From contig MU059922.1 of the NCBI GenBank assembly GCA_013265495.1, forward strand, positions 2,984,661-3,048,660: a stretch of 64,000 nt of DNA. Reading direction: 5' to 3'. The notes under the pieces are model-generated. The model searched no databases. It was not told the DNA's origin and was given only the letters and a program-made list of their open reading frames with translations. A program made the position numbers and the translations under genes. Position 1 is the stretch's first letter, and the number at the start of each line of letters is the position of its first letter. This document shows positions 13,281 to 24,912 of this stretch, in pieces. Source of the stretch: Vicugna vicugna (taxonomy: Eukaryota).

Positions 13281-13810
13281 CCTCCTTAAGGGATCTTGAG
13301 GGTTCAAGGCACTTTGTCAAGAAAGATTTTGGGGGAAGATGTAAGTTGTCTAAGTAGTTTATCGGGATGATAATGAGTGAAGCCTTTTAGATTCTGAGAT
13401 ATGTATCAATGATAGGACCAAGGTGAATTCTGAAGTAGGTTTTTTTGCTTGTTTGTTTTTGCATAAAACAAATGTAACTGATTATAGAACATTTGAGGGG
13501 GAAAGAACCATAAAAATCAGAAGGAGAAAATAAAAAACATCTTCTAATAATCGCTATTAATATGTTGGGCAAACTTCCCTTGTGTTTTGTACAAATTGTA
13601 CATGTATTTGCCAATCAGAGTAATTCAGTATAGATACGGAAACATTTCTGTTTAAAATATTGAGAATATTTTGCCACATGGCTAAAATAATCTATGAAGA
13701 TGACAAAAGTTTACTGGCTAAATAATGACACATTTAAGGATTTGCCATAGTCAAGAATCAATGTCTATTTTTCATATTTAAGTTTTCCCCTTTTACTTTA
13801 AAAGATAATT

Positions 13811-14041
13811 TTTTTTCCATTTTTAAATTGAAGTATGATCAATTTACAATGTTGTATCAATTTCTGGTATACAGCATAAAGGATAAATGGGAAGGGCTAA
13901 ATGGGGAGTTTGAGATTTGCAGATGCTAACTCCTGTATATAAAATAGGTAAGCAGCAGGTTTCCTCTGTACAGCATGGGAAACTACATGCAGTATCTTGT
14001 GGTAACCCATAATGAAAACGAATGTATGTATACGTGTAGCT
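13811..14041 (-). mobile_element. Short L1 3' insertion with an internal (twin-priming) inversion
   Basis: 13811-13879 is the antisense L1 tail. 13880-14041 is the immediately upstream L1 segment in the opposite orientation. Confidence 0.8.
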
Positions 14042-14580
14042 AAAAAAATGATATTATGACAAACATCTTGTGACCACATCTCTTGTCATTTTTCTAAGAT
14101 TGAAACCTTCCAGTAGAATTACTGAGTCATAGAATATGAACATATAAAAATTCTTGGTATGTGTTATGGCATTTCTACACAGAATATTACTATTTTTACC
14201 AACAATATGATGGAATGTTCCTTACTACTGCCCTGAAATAACTATTTTTCAGGAACTAGATTATGAGATGTATGAAGCAAGCATTCTTATTTGTTCCCTG
14301 ACAGTGTCTACTATTAAAGTCACTTAATAAGTGTTTATTAAATTTTAAAGAATGAGCCTATAATCCACAGCAAATGTATGTTTTTAATTCTTAGTTACAA
14401 AACCAAAAGGGAGAGTGTGTGTCACTGAGCAGATCTCTGCTCATTTTAATATTGACATTGACGGCATTGTGCTGAAGATGGAGGGAAATGACTGTTCTAT
14501 AACATTGTAGTTTTTAATCAAGCAATATATAGCAGAATAGAAGATGTGTACCCTTGGGGCAGAAATTCTATACTCGGAAA

Positions 14581-15124
14581 TGTTGCAGGAGAAGGGGGTG
14601 TGAGAGGATGGCCATGTCCCAGGTCTCCAGTGAGTTCCTGGGATGGGCCACCCAGCCAGGGTCCTTGGCTTTGCAGGAAAGAATCAAGAACGAACCATAG
14701 TAAAGAGAAAGCGAGTTTATCTAGAGAGATACACATTCCACAGGCAGAAGGTGGTCTGCCTCTGAAGAGACCCCAGCGTGTGGGAGTGATGAGTTTTCAC
14801 GGGCTGGGTAATTTCACAGGCTAGTGAGTGGAAGGATTGTTTCAACTGTTTTGGGGAAGGAGTGGCAGTTCCTAGGGATTGGGCCACTGCCTACTTCTTG
14901 ACCTTTAATGTTCAGCCTTGAAACTGTCATGGTGGTGGTGGTGGTGTGTCATTTAGCCTGCAGTATATTACAGTGAGCCTGTAATGAGGCTCAAGATCCA
15001 CTGAATGGAAGTGAAATCTTCTACCATCTTGGGCCTGATTGCTTCTAACTAGTTTTTGTTGTATCCTCGACTGGCTGTGTTATTCTTTTAATAGTTGTGC
15101 CCCGCCCACTTCCCTCCTGTCTCC
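14581..15124 (-). mobile_element. ERV1-type solo LTR, 544 bp
   Basis: Begins tgttgcagg and ends cctgtctc(c). Perfect 4-bp TSD GAAA at 14577-14580 and 15125-15128. Confidence 0.85.
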
Positions 15125-15423
15125 GAAATATGTCGAAAGAAGTATTTTTTCAAATACACCGAGATATGCTTGATGATCATGAGGTCTTAGTAATATCAGA
15201 GGTATTGAATCTAAGTACCCATCAGGATTTATTTAAAATAAACTCTGGGTATTCACTCACTGAATAAAGTGCAGCCATTTGTAAAGGAGTGTCTTAAGTC
15301 AGAATTGCTTCGGTTGAAATCTGGTTCCACCCCACTGGGAATAAATAACAACTTTGTGCCCTTGAGCAAGTATCTGTAGCTTGTATTTGTAAAATTTGAG
15401 TATTGAGTTAGATTTTTACGTAG

Positions 15424-15868
15424 CATCAATGAAAAATTAATCAGTTGATCTAAGAAAGAAATGGACAACTTTATTTGAGCCAAATGGAGGACTATAACCT
15501 GGGAATAGCATCTCACAAAGCTCTGAGAACTGTTTTGCCCATTAAAAGTCAAGGTGCAGTTATTATGAGTTTTTTGAGACAGAAGGCTGTACATTAAATG
15601 ACGTATTATTGACAGTTTACACAGTCCAGATCTAAGCATCATCGTAACCCCTTACAAGGTCAAAAAGGAATGTTATCATTTAAGGAGTTGTAGATGCTCT
15701 GAGAATGTTGCTGTTTATGGTTGAGCAGGTGTTCCTGCCGATGGGGGAGGTTTGATCAATGCGTGATGTAGACACACAAGTGCACAGTGAGGGAAGGTCA
15801 AAGGGCAGACAATTTTTTTATGTTTACATTTTCCTTATGTTGCCATAAAATACTAATTTTATTTCACA
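15424..15868 (-). mobile_element. ERV1-type solo LTR, ~445 bp
   Basis: Element sense starts tgtgaaataaaatt and has an intact AATAAA (plus-strand tttatt, 15470-15475). Flanks gtag/atag give a 3/4 TSD. Confidence 0.7.
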
Positions 15869-16169
15869 ATAGTGAGAGCATATCAATTTCTAGTTATTGT
15901 AATTTTCATAATTTTTGTTAAATGGAAATTTAACAATTTAGCATTTAAATTTATTAAATGGAGAAGGTACTAAATTGTTGATATGAGCAAGTGATTAAAT
16001 AGCATGGATGAGAATATCATACTTGTATAAAAGTATATATGTTTGTGTCTGCACAGAGTTCCGAAGTGACATCAACCAAAATATTCCTTGTGATTATCTC
16101 CTGATTGGAGAACTTTGGGTGATTTTTGCTTTCTTCTTAATATTTTTCCCTTTTGCATGAATTTTCTTT

Positions 16170-17334
16170 CATGTATATATATATTTATTTATTGAAGTAT
16201 GGTTAGTTTACAATTTGGTCTCAATTTCTGGTGTACAGCATAATGCTTCAGTCATACATGAACATACATACATTCATTTTCATATTCTTTTTCACCATGT
16301 CACTACAAGATATTGAATATAGTTCCCTGTACTATACAGTATGAACTTGTTGTTTATCTATTATGTATATATTAGTTAGTATCTGCAAATCTCAAACTCT
16401 GAATGTATCCATGTATCCCTTCCATTTCCCTCCCAGTAACCTTAAGTTTGTTTTCTGTCTGTGAGTCTGTTTCTGTTTTGTAAATAAATTCATTTGTATA
16501 TTTTTTTTAGATTCCACATATAAGTGATATCATATGGTATTTTTCTTTCTCTTTCTGGCTTGCTTCACTAAGCATGACAATATCCAGGTCCATCTATGTT
16601 GCCAAAAATGATGTTATTTTATTCTTTTCTATGGTTGAGTAGTATTCCATTCTATAAATATACCACATCTTCTTTATCCAGTCATCTGTCAGTGGACATT
16701 TAGGTTGCTTCCTTACCTTGGCTGTTGTGTGTAGTGCTGCTGTGAACATTGGGGTGCATGTATCTTTTTGAATTGAGGTTCCCTNNNNNNNNNNNNNNNN
16801 NNNNNNNNNNNNNNNNNNNNNNNNNNNNNNNNNNNNNNNNNNNNNNNNNNNNNNNNNNNNNNNNNNNNNNNNNNNNNNNNNNNNNNNNNNNNNNNNNNNN
16901 NNNNNNNNNNNNNNNNNNNNNNNNNNNNNCTCTCCAGCATTTGTCATTTGTGGACTTTCGAATGATGGCCGTTCTGGCTGGTGTGATTGTCTTTGTAGTT
17001 TTGATTTGCATTTCTCTGATAATTAGCAGTATTGAGCATTCATTTTTTCGTGTGCCTATTGGCCATTTGTTGGAGAATTGCTTGTTTAAGCTCTTCTGCC
17101 CATTTTTGGATTGAGTTGTTGGTTTTTTTATTATTAAGTTGTATGAGCTGCTTATATATTCTGGAAATCAAGCCCTTGTCAGTCTCATATTTTGCAAATA
17201 TTTTCTCCCATTCCGTAGGTTGTCTTTTTGTTTTGCTTCTGGTTTCCTTTGCTGTGCAGAAGCTTGTAAGTTTGATTAGGTCCCATCTGTTTATTCTTGC
17301 TTTTATTTCTACTGCCTGGGTAGACTGCCCTTAC
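16170..17334 (-). mobile_element. 5'-truncated lineage-specific L1 (end of ORF2 plus 3'UTR) with TSD
   Basis: L1 3'UTR and ORF2 C-terminus; the minus-strand ORF track shows L1-like peptides (KDTCTPMFTAAL...WIKKMWYIY). TSD tgcatgaattttct (16154-16167) / tgcgtgagttttct (17335-17348), 12/14 identical. Contains the N gap at 16785-16929. Confidence 0.92.
16785..16929. other. Assembly gap (145 N) inside L1
   Basis: Run of N. Confidence 0.95.
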
Positions 17335-17746
17335 TGCGTGAGTTTTCTGTGTAAGTATTTGTTATCTTTGTGATCATTTACAGTTAATGAGACTCTTTAC
17401 GTTTTTTAAAAATCTGATTATATAAGAACTGCTCTAGTAAGTTGTGCAATTCCTAGGTGACTTGCCCAAAGCCATGTAGCCAGCTGGTTGCAGGACAGCA
17501 GGAGAAGAGGTTGCTAATCCTGAGTACATAGATCAGATGACTGCTGTGGGCTATAAATGGCCCAAGGAGAAAAGAACCATCAGTAGGATTAGACTAAAGC
17601 AGTTAGAAGATTCCAAGCTGTAAAGACAAAAGCTAGAAGTTCTGCCCTATTTAGCCGTGTGACCTTGGGCAAGACTCATAATCTCGCAAATGCTGTTTTA
17701 TTTTTTCCTTTTAATTCCATTTATAAAATCATTATCTGATCGTTCC

Positions 17747-17960
17747 TGTCAACTTAAATAAAGAGGTAGGCTGAGGCAAACTCAAATTACCAGAAATTAA
17801 GTTTATTTTGGAATAGCAGAGGAATTACAGTTCAGGAAACGCATGCCACAGTGAGCCACAGGCCAGTCTGCTGAGGTTTGGGGGCGGGCTGTATTTATGG
17901 GGAACAAATGCGTAAAGGGAGAAGTCCAGCCAGAGTCCAAGCAATAAAAAATACTAGTAT
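17747..17960 (-). mobile_element. ERV1/MER4-group-like LTR 3' fragment
   Basis: 'tgtcaacttaaataaagagg' corresponds to the LTR end '...tttaagttgaca', with AATAAA on the minus strand (plus-strand tttatt, ~17803). Confidence 0.5.
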
Positions 17961-20879
17961 TGGATTAAATATTTATTCATAGTCGGGGTGGAGGAATGAG
18001 ATGATTGATTCTGCACTTAAAATCTCAAAAGAGAAAATTTAGTAAAAATTAAAGAAAATTCTTCCCGAAAATTATATAGAATCTATGCCCTTGTAAGTTT
18101 GTTCATGTTCATAAAGGTGAATAGATTTCATAAGATTTTGGATAAATGCGTACTTAGGTATTTATCACACGTTACTGGGAATTTAGTGTCACAAGTATCA
18201 AGTTTGAATCGTGAGAGGCAGTGTGGTCCCTTGGCACCAGTGTCAAGACCAGAGTGGAAATGTACAGAATGCGTGTGAGCACAAGCTGTGTGTCTTGTGC
18301 TGTGTCATCACCGAGTGTTGATTCCTTTATAAATGGGAATGAAGGTACCAGCAGTATACTTCGTCTAAAATAATCACAGGCCAAAAGTCAGATATTCTTC
18401 CAATTCATTTTCCTTCTCTTATTTCACTGTGAAAACACTAAGGGAAGCAGCCCTGTTGAGTGCTGGTGTTGCACGAGTCCCTGCGCCCGGCGGCTGCCGT
18501 GTTACCTCATTTAGTTGCTACACTCGGCCGCAGGGGTGGCGTTATTCCCAGGAGCTCACAGGAGAAGAGCGAGGCCCGAGAGGTGAAGTGCACACACGAG
18601 TCTCGGGAGTGGGAAGCAACAGATCTGGGTCCCCCCCCCACGTTATTCTGATGAGCAGCGCGTCCCCGGCTCCAGACATGTTGGGCTTTTGCTGCTTAAT
18701 GAGGAGCACGGTGGATGCAGTGGAGCAAGTGAGAAAATAGGGAATTACTTCTCTGGCTTAATGAGTCTGCCAGACACCAGGATGATGTTCTTTAGAATGT
18801 GTCTTTGACCCAGATTTAACTCCTTTTTACCCTTTTTAACTTTCCCTCCGTCCTTAACTAAAGGGAAGTGACACATAGTTGACTCATGTAACAAAGGAAA
18901 TTTTCAGAATATATTTGTTCTGCACAGACAAAACCTGTTTGGGAGTATTTTTTTTTTCCTGAAGAGTAATCTTCAAGGCATTTCCCTTGAACCTCCTTTT
19001 CTCTGTAGGTTTTAGAGGACGTTTAAAGAGTGAGATGACGCATCCGTGCTAGAAGTTACGATGACAGATGAGCAAGCTTAATTGTGACAGGCAGTGCTTG
19101 TCCCCTTCTGTTTCTCCTGTGAAAATGGAACCGTCCTTCCGTCAGCTGGGAGCCTGGTCAACAGGGTGTGCCCTGTGTGCGATGGTATAGGAAAGGGCCT
19201 TCCTAATTGCAAGAGGCAGACAATTCATCTGGAAGCTCCAGAAAATGAGAGGAGGAAAAAAAATGAGCACTAAATGTCCACCTGGGTTTTGAAAAGTAGA
19301 TATTTGAAGTTGTGGCAGGCGGCTTTGTAATTAAATCGGTCACCGAGGTCCGTTTTCATAGCAGTCCAGTTCCAGATGTGATCATAGCATAATGAACCAT
19401 GTCTTTATAAACGTTACATTTCACAGGATCACAATATCTGCCAGGATTTGCCTCCCAGTTGAAAGAGTTTAAATACCACGTTATTTTGAAAAGCTCTTTG
19501 CTCTACTGGTGTTTCTGTGTCATAGGAAACAGTTGGAGGGCATGGCATGGAACAACAGATAAAGGAAAACCCCCCTCCTGTTTTTTATGAAAACAGAATT
19601 CACTGTGCTTGCGTCCTGCCGTCCAGCCTTGATTCACGTGGACCAGTTTCTCTTCTGGCTACTAAGATAAATGTAGTATGTACTGAATAAAGGTGATCAT
19701 ATTTTCAACTCTGTTCTATATCAATCTTGAAGGGTCAGAATGCACTTGTTATCTGGGCTCACAATCCATCACAGGTAGAGGGATCTCACTCTTCTGTGAT
19801 TTGAACCTCATCTTCAATCTATTTCCATTTTGAACTGAATTTCAAAGCTGATGACCCATCAGAGATAGAGGCTGGCACAGTCAGGTTAGACAAGGGCAGG
19901 CTCGCTGGAGTCTTTCTGGGGTAACTTTTCTGACAGACGGAAGCTAATTCTGAGACCATACCTGTCGCTGGGAACAGTGTCTAATTCCCATGCCACTGTG
20001 TGAGTTAGTGTGAAATCTCTCTTTCTGAGACCCCCAGACAGAATTTATCTCAGTTCTGAAACCATGGCTGGTGATGCCTTGAACAATTATGAGACATTCC
20101 CCTGTACTGGACTTTACCTGCACTCTGAACCATGCCAATCCAGTAGTGGTGGGTGCAGTTCGAGTAGATTATGTAAATGAACTATGAGAGTTCATGATTC
20201 CATAACGATGCTCAAAAAGAGATTTAAAAAAGTAAGGGGAAACCAAAGAAATGAAGAAACAAAACAAAAGGCAGTGATGCCAGGGCACCAACCCCTACCT
20301 TAAACTGGCCATTAACTGTAAATCATCTGTACTTCAATTTTTTGAAAAAGTACTGGGAAGAAAAAAAATTAAATTTTTAAAAGTTGATAATTTACAGGAA
20401 GGAGTAGGCATTTTTCCTGCCCCTCTGATAGGAATTTTCTAAACAGAAGGAATTATAGAAATAGAAAACATAAAGTTGCAACCCCAGTGAAATTGTTGAT
20501 TTAGGTCATCAACAAGTGGTAGGGCGTGAGCGGAGATTTGATGGGGAATTTTAGGGTGATGGGATCAGGCTGGCACCGCTCACACTGCCCTGGTGTATCT
20601 TAGCCTCACTAAAGTTCGCTGCTCAGAATCAGTGTTGCCCGAGATGATGCAGTGTAAGGTGCAGGGTACCGCTCCTCAGGTGGCTTGGAGGAAGACAGCA
20701 ACTCAAAGAAAACCAAACCGTTAGATTTAAAGTCTCGCTTACTGGGAATACGGGGTGTAGAGGACCAGACGAAGCCTCAAGAAGCAACCAGTCAAATGCA
20801 AAACATCAAAGCCTTAACAGGATAATTGTTACGATCCCTTCAATAAATTAAAGGCAAAAAATGCAAAACTTAAGGATGG

Positions 20880-21305
20880 AGTGCTGTCTCTGCTTTAAAA
20901 GAAGCAACTAAGATGTAATAACTAAATACAATGTGTGGAACACGTTTGGATCCAGATTCAAGCAAACAAACCATAAAATTATATTTTTAGACAGCAGGAG
21001 AAATTTTGAGTGTGGGCTAGATATTAGGAATTATCTTGTACTAGTTTTATAGGAGCGATAATGCACTGTATTATATAAGGAAAAAAATTGGAATGTATAC
21101 TGAAGTATTTATGGGTAGATGACAATAATTGGAATTTGGTTGAAAGTAACCCAGCCCAATAAAAAGGAAGGGGGCGTGGAGAAAAGATGAGAGTAAATAA
21201 AATGAAAATGGGAAAATAGTCATTGTTGAGGCTGAGTGATACGTCCTTGTGGACTGTATTTTCTACTTTCGGCATGCTTAGAAATTTTCATAATAAATTA
21301 AAAAT
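20880..21305 (+). mobile_element. Old L1 (L1MC-like) 3' end
   Basis: 'actaaatacaatgtgtgg..ggatcc..tatactgaagtatttatgggtag..ttctactttcggcatgcttagaaattttcataataaatt'. Confidence 0.75.
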
Positions 21306-21750
21306 GAAGCATTTTTAAGGCACACACAGAAAAGGACAGGCAATAGAATGTAATGCATTAACTTCAATTTATAAGGATTCCCAAAAATCTCTGTATAAAA
21401 TAGAAGACTGTGAACTTGAAATAGAAGCCTACACACATAGTAGATGGAATTTAAAAAGAAGTGCTGAGGAGCTGTGACCTCTGGCAGAAAAGCTAACCCT
21501 GGTAGCTTGGATGGTGACAACCTAAACTTAGCTGAGTAATGAGAATTGTCAGGGAGACTTTTGTTTAGCGATTCTTGGAGCACTGGTCTTCCTAAGCCTT
21601 GTCTTCATAGGTGAGTCAGACACGAGGTTTTGAAGAACAAAATACGAAAATGTGATCTGTCACGTTTCAGATGTTTTTGTTGTATTCTGATTTTATTTTA
21701 AAAGGTCACCATTGTTAATTTAATAGCAAACAGAAGTATTAAGTTGACAC

Positions 21751-21920
21751 GAGGGTCAGCTTCCTGGGCGTGTGACCCGTGCAGTCACACAGGGCCCTGT
21801 GCTTAGCCGGGTCCCACAGTTGGCTCAGTGCTCTGCTGTCGCCGTCTTGAAATTCTTCATAATTTTTGAACAAGGAGCTTCGGATTTTTGTTTTGCACTG
21901 GGTCTGGTCAAAGAGTATGA
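21751..21920 (+). mobile_element. MER91A-like hAT-Tip100 MITE
   Basis: 'agggtcagcttcctgggcgtgtgacccgtgcagtcacacagggccc...tgctctgctgtcgccgtcttgaaattc..ttttgcactggg'. Confidence 0.75.
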
Positions 21921-22955
21921 TATATAAAGTGTGTATTTTGAGGGCGAGAGGACCTAGTGGGCTCAACTAAGTTTTTAAGTCCTTCTGCAGAAGGAGACAC
22001 AGTGGTCACTTCAGGGTCACTTTATAGTGTCTTTGTTTTTGTAACTTCCCACCTCTTTGGAGGACAGGGAAGTAAATAGCCTCTAACACTGTGTGATTAC
22101 TTGGGACACTATTAACTTCATAAAAATGACACTCAAAAGCAAAATCTAATTTCAGAACATGATTACTATCTAGATTATGATTTTTATCTTAGAATACTGT
22201 TTTCAGATACAGGTGTGCTTCCTGAGAGTTCTGAAACATTGAGCTTAATAAAGGGTAAATCTGTCTAAACAAATGGAATTCTTCTAAAGTCTTTGTTATG
22301 CAGCAGATACATGTACAGAGTGAGTGCAGCTTTTGTTTCCTGTGGTAAAAGAACATTTTCATTAAGGGAGTAATAGCAGGACTGGCAAGGTTGCTGTTTG
22401 TTGTGTACGTGGTTTAACTAGCGATGTGATATCCAATTAATAGCGATATATCAATGATCCCAGTTACGAAAAGCTCTACTGAAGTCATCTGGAAAGTCAC
22501 TTGTCCTGTGCAGTACTCTCATGTGCTGAGGATTGGGATGGCTGATGCTGGTTCCTTTATTTATATTTTTTATAGAAGTACAGTCAATTATAATGTGTCA
22601 GTATTTGGTGTACAGCACAGTGTCCCAGGATGACTGATGTCTTGTCACAGTGCCAAAGCTAATCATGGTCTAAGAACACTGAAGAGAGGCTGCGATGTGA
22701 GTGAATTAATCACCGTTAAAACCAGATTTAAAAATTAATCCTGAAAGGCAACTTTTGGGAAGGCACATTGTTTTGAATAACTCATAATTCTTCCCATATG
22801 GAAAAGATGCTTCTAGAAGGGAGTCCTTTTCCCAAGAAGTTAGTGTTAGAACTGTGGGCAGGAAATCGTTGTTTTAGAAATTAACCTTTCATGGCAACTC
22901 CATCAGGTCACTAGTTTTTATTCCTCCAAAGACACCAACTTTCCTTCAGATTTCT

Positions 22956-23348
22956 TTCTTAAAAGTTTTTATTGGTTTTTTTAAATTGAAGTATAGTTAC
23001 AATGTTCTGTCAGTTTCAGGTGTATAGCAAAGTGATTCAATTATACTTACACATATATACATACGTATTTTTTTTCAGATTATTTTCCATTATAGGTTAT
23101 TTCAAGATACTGAATATAGTTCCCTGTGCTGTACAGTAGGTCCTTGTTGTTTATCTATTTTATATATAGTAGTGTGTATATATTAATCCCAAACTCCTAA
23201 TTTACCCCTCTCCCCTACCCTTTTCTCCTTTGATAATCATAGTTTGCTTTCTATGTCTGTGAGTTTATTTCTGGTTTGTAAATAAGTTCATTAGTATCAT
23301 TTTTTTTAGATTCCACTTATAAGTGATATCATATATTTGCTTTCTCTG
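22956..23348 (-). mobile_element. L1 3' end (lineage-specific) with TSD
   Basis: Same tail family as the 3.2 kb and 16.2 kb copies. TSD actttccttcagatttct (22938-22955) / acttccatcagatttct (23349-23365). Confidence 0.88.
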
Positions 23349-23449
23349 ACTTCCATCAGATTTCTATGTGAGTTTCATGTGATCTCTGACATTCAAGAAA
23401 GGAACCAAAGAAGAAATCATACCCTAAATCACAGCTTCTCCAAGTGATG

Positions 23450-23890
23450 CCACGTGCATTTCTCTCTTCCCCCCTCCATTCCCTTTCTAGTCCCTTTCCC
23501 TCCCCCCTCTGTTTTTTTGCCAAATAATATCATGACCAGTACATATATATCTATTTCTTATTTTAAAGATGTACCACAATTTATGGGGACACCCCTCACT
23601 TGGATAGTTTTATTGTTTCTAAATATTTACTGTTTCAAATGCTGCTCTATTATATATCCTTAAAGAGTTTCCATATCTGTCTTCTTATTTGGGTAGGAGA
23701 GATGCCTAGAGTGAACTCCTGGATCATAAGGTAATGCATTTAACATTTCAAACATGCCCCAAATATTGTGCCAACAGTGGTTTTAGACTGTTTTCCCTGA
23801 CCACTATCAATACTGCATATATTCATATTTTAAGAATGCCAGTTTGATGGGCAAAAAGAATTGTTGGCTCTAATTTGCATTTCTGTTCTT
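23450..23890 (-). mobile_element. Very old L1 (L1ME-like) fragment
   Basis: 'ctagagtgaactcctggatcataaggtaatgcatttaac..ccaacagtgg..tgccagtttgatgggcaaaaag..taatttgcatttc'. Confidence 0.6.
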
Positions 23891-23899
23891 TTTCAGCTT

Positions 23900-24650
23900 T
23901 CTTAAGTAATAATTGACAAAACTGTAACATATTTAAAGTGTGTAACACTGTAATTTGATGTACATTGTGAAAAGATTCCCCCGTTGAGTTTATTAACACG
24001 TCCATCACCTCATGTATTTACCTTTTTGTGTGTGTGAGAACATTTAAGTTTTACTCTCATCAGATTTCAATTATACAATACAGTGTTATCAACTATAGTC
24101 ACCATGTCATACATTAGATCCTCAGACCTTAGTCATCTTAGAATTGAAAGTTTGTACCTTTTTACCAAACTCTCTCTATCCCCCCAACCCTAGCCCCTGG
24201 GAGCAACCTTCTTACTGTCTGTTTCTGTGAGTTCAATTTTTTTTTCTGAGATCCTACATATATGTGNNNNNNNNNNNNNNNNNNNNNNNNNNNNNNNNNN
24301 NNNNNNNNNNNNNNNNNNNNNNNNNNNNNNNNNNNNNNNNNNNNNNNNNNNNNNNNNNNNNNNNNNNNNNNNNNNNNNNNNNNNNNNNNNNNNNNNNNNN
24401 NTTTTCTTTATCTGTTCATCATCAGTGGACACAGGTTATTTCCATACCTCGGCTGTTGTAAGTGATGCTGCAGTGAACATGGGAGTGCAGGTATCTCTTC
24501 AAGACAACGATTTCATTTCCTTTGGAAATAAACCCAGAAGAGGGATTGCTGGATCCTGCGGTAGTTCTAGTTTTGATTTCTTGAGGACCTTCTAGACCGT
24601 TTTCCATGGTGACTGTACCAGTTTCCATCCCCACCAACAGTGAACAATCA
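23900..24650 (-). mobile_element. Old L1 (L1MA9-like) 3' fragment
   Basis: 'aataattgacaaaactgtaacatatttaaagtgtgtaac...ccagaagagggattgctggatc...ccaccaacagtg'. Contains the N gap at 24267-24400. Confidence 0.85.
24267..24400. other. Assembly gap (134 N) inside L1
   Basis: Run of N. Confidence 0.95.
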
Positions 24651-24786
24651 TGTCTTTAAATGAAATGAGGAGAAATTGTTTTAGCCAGCTATATTTATTG
24701 GGTATCAATTATGTTCCAAGTACTGATTTTTTGTTCTTTTAAAAAATTCCTTCATTTATTTACCACAGCAAATCTGTTAGTTGGCT

Positions 24787-24912
24787 ATTATTCTCTCCTG
24801 CTTTACTGATAATGAAGCTGAGGTTTAAAGAGGTCGTTAACATGTCCAAGGCCAGAGGTTGTTAGTGACAGAGCCAGAATTGAAACCTACATCTTATGCA
24901 AAAGCCCAGCTC
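24787..24912 (-). mobile_element. MIR fragment
   Basis: 'gataatgaagctgaggtttaaagaggtcgttaacatgtccaaggcc..gagccagaattgaaacc'. Confidence 0.65.

Noticed and set aside
16594-17373. ORFs with L1-like peptides and X runs (also at 24190-24637, 30654-31007 and 39555-39793)
   Set aside because: These are L1 remnants or frames kept open only by N gaps, not genes.
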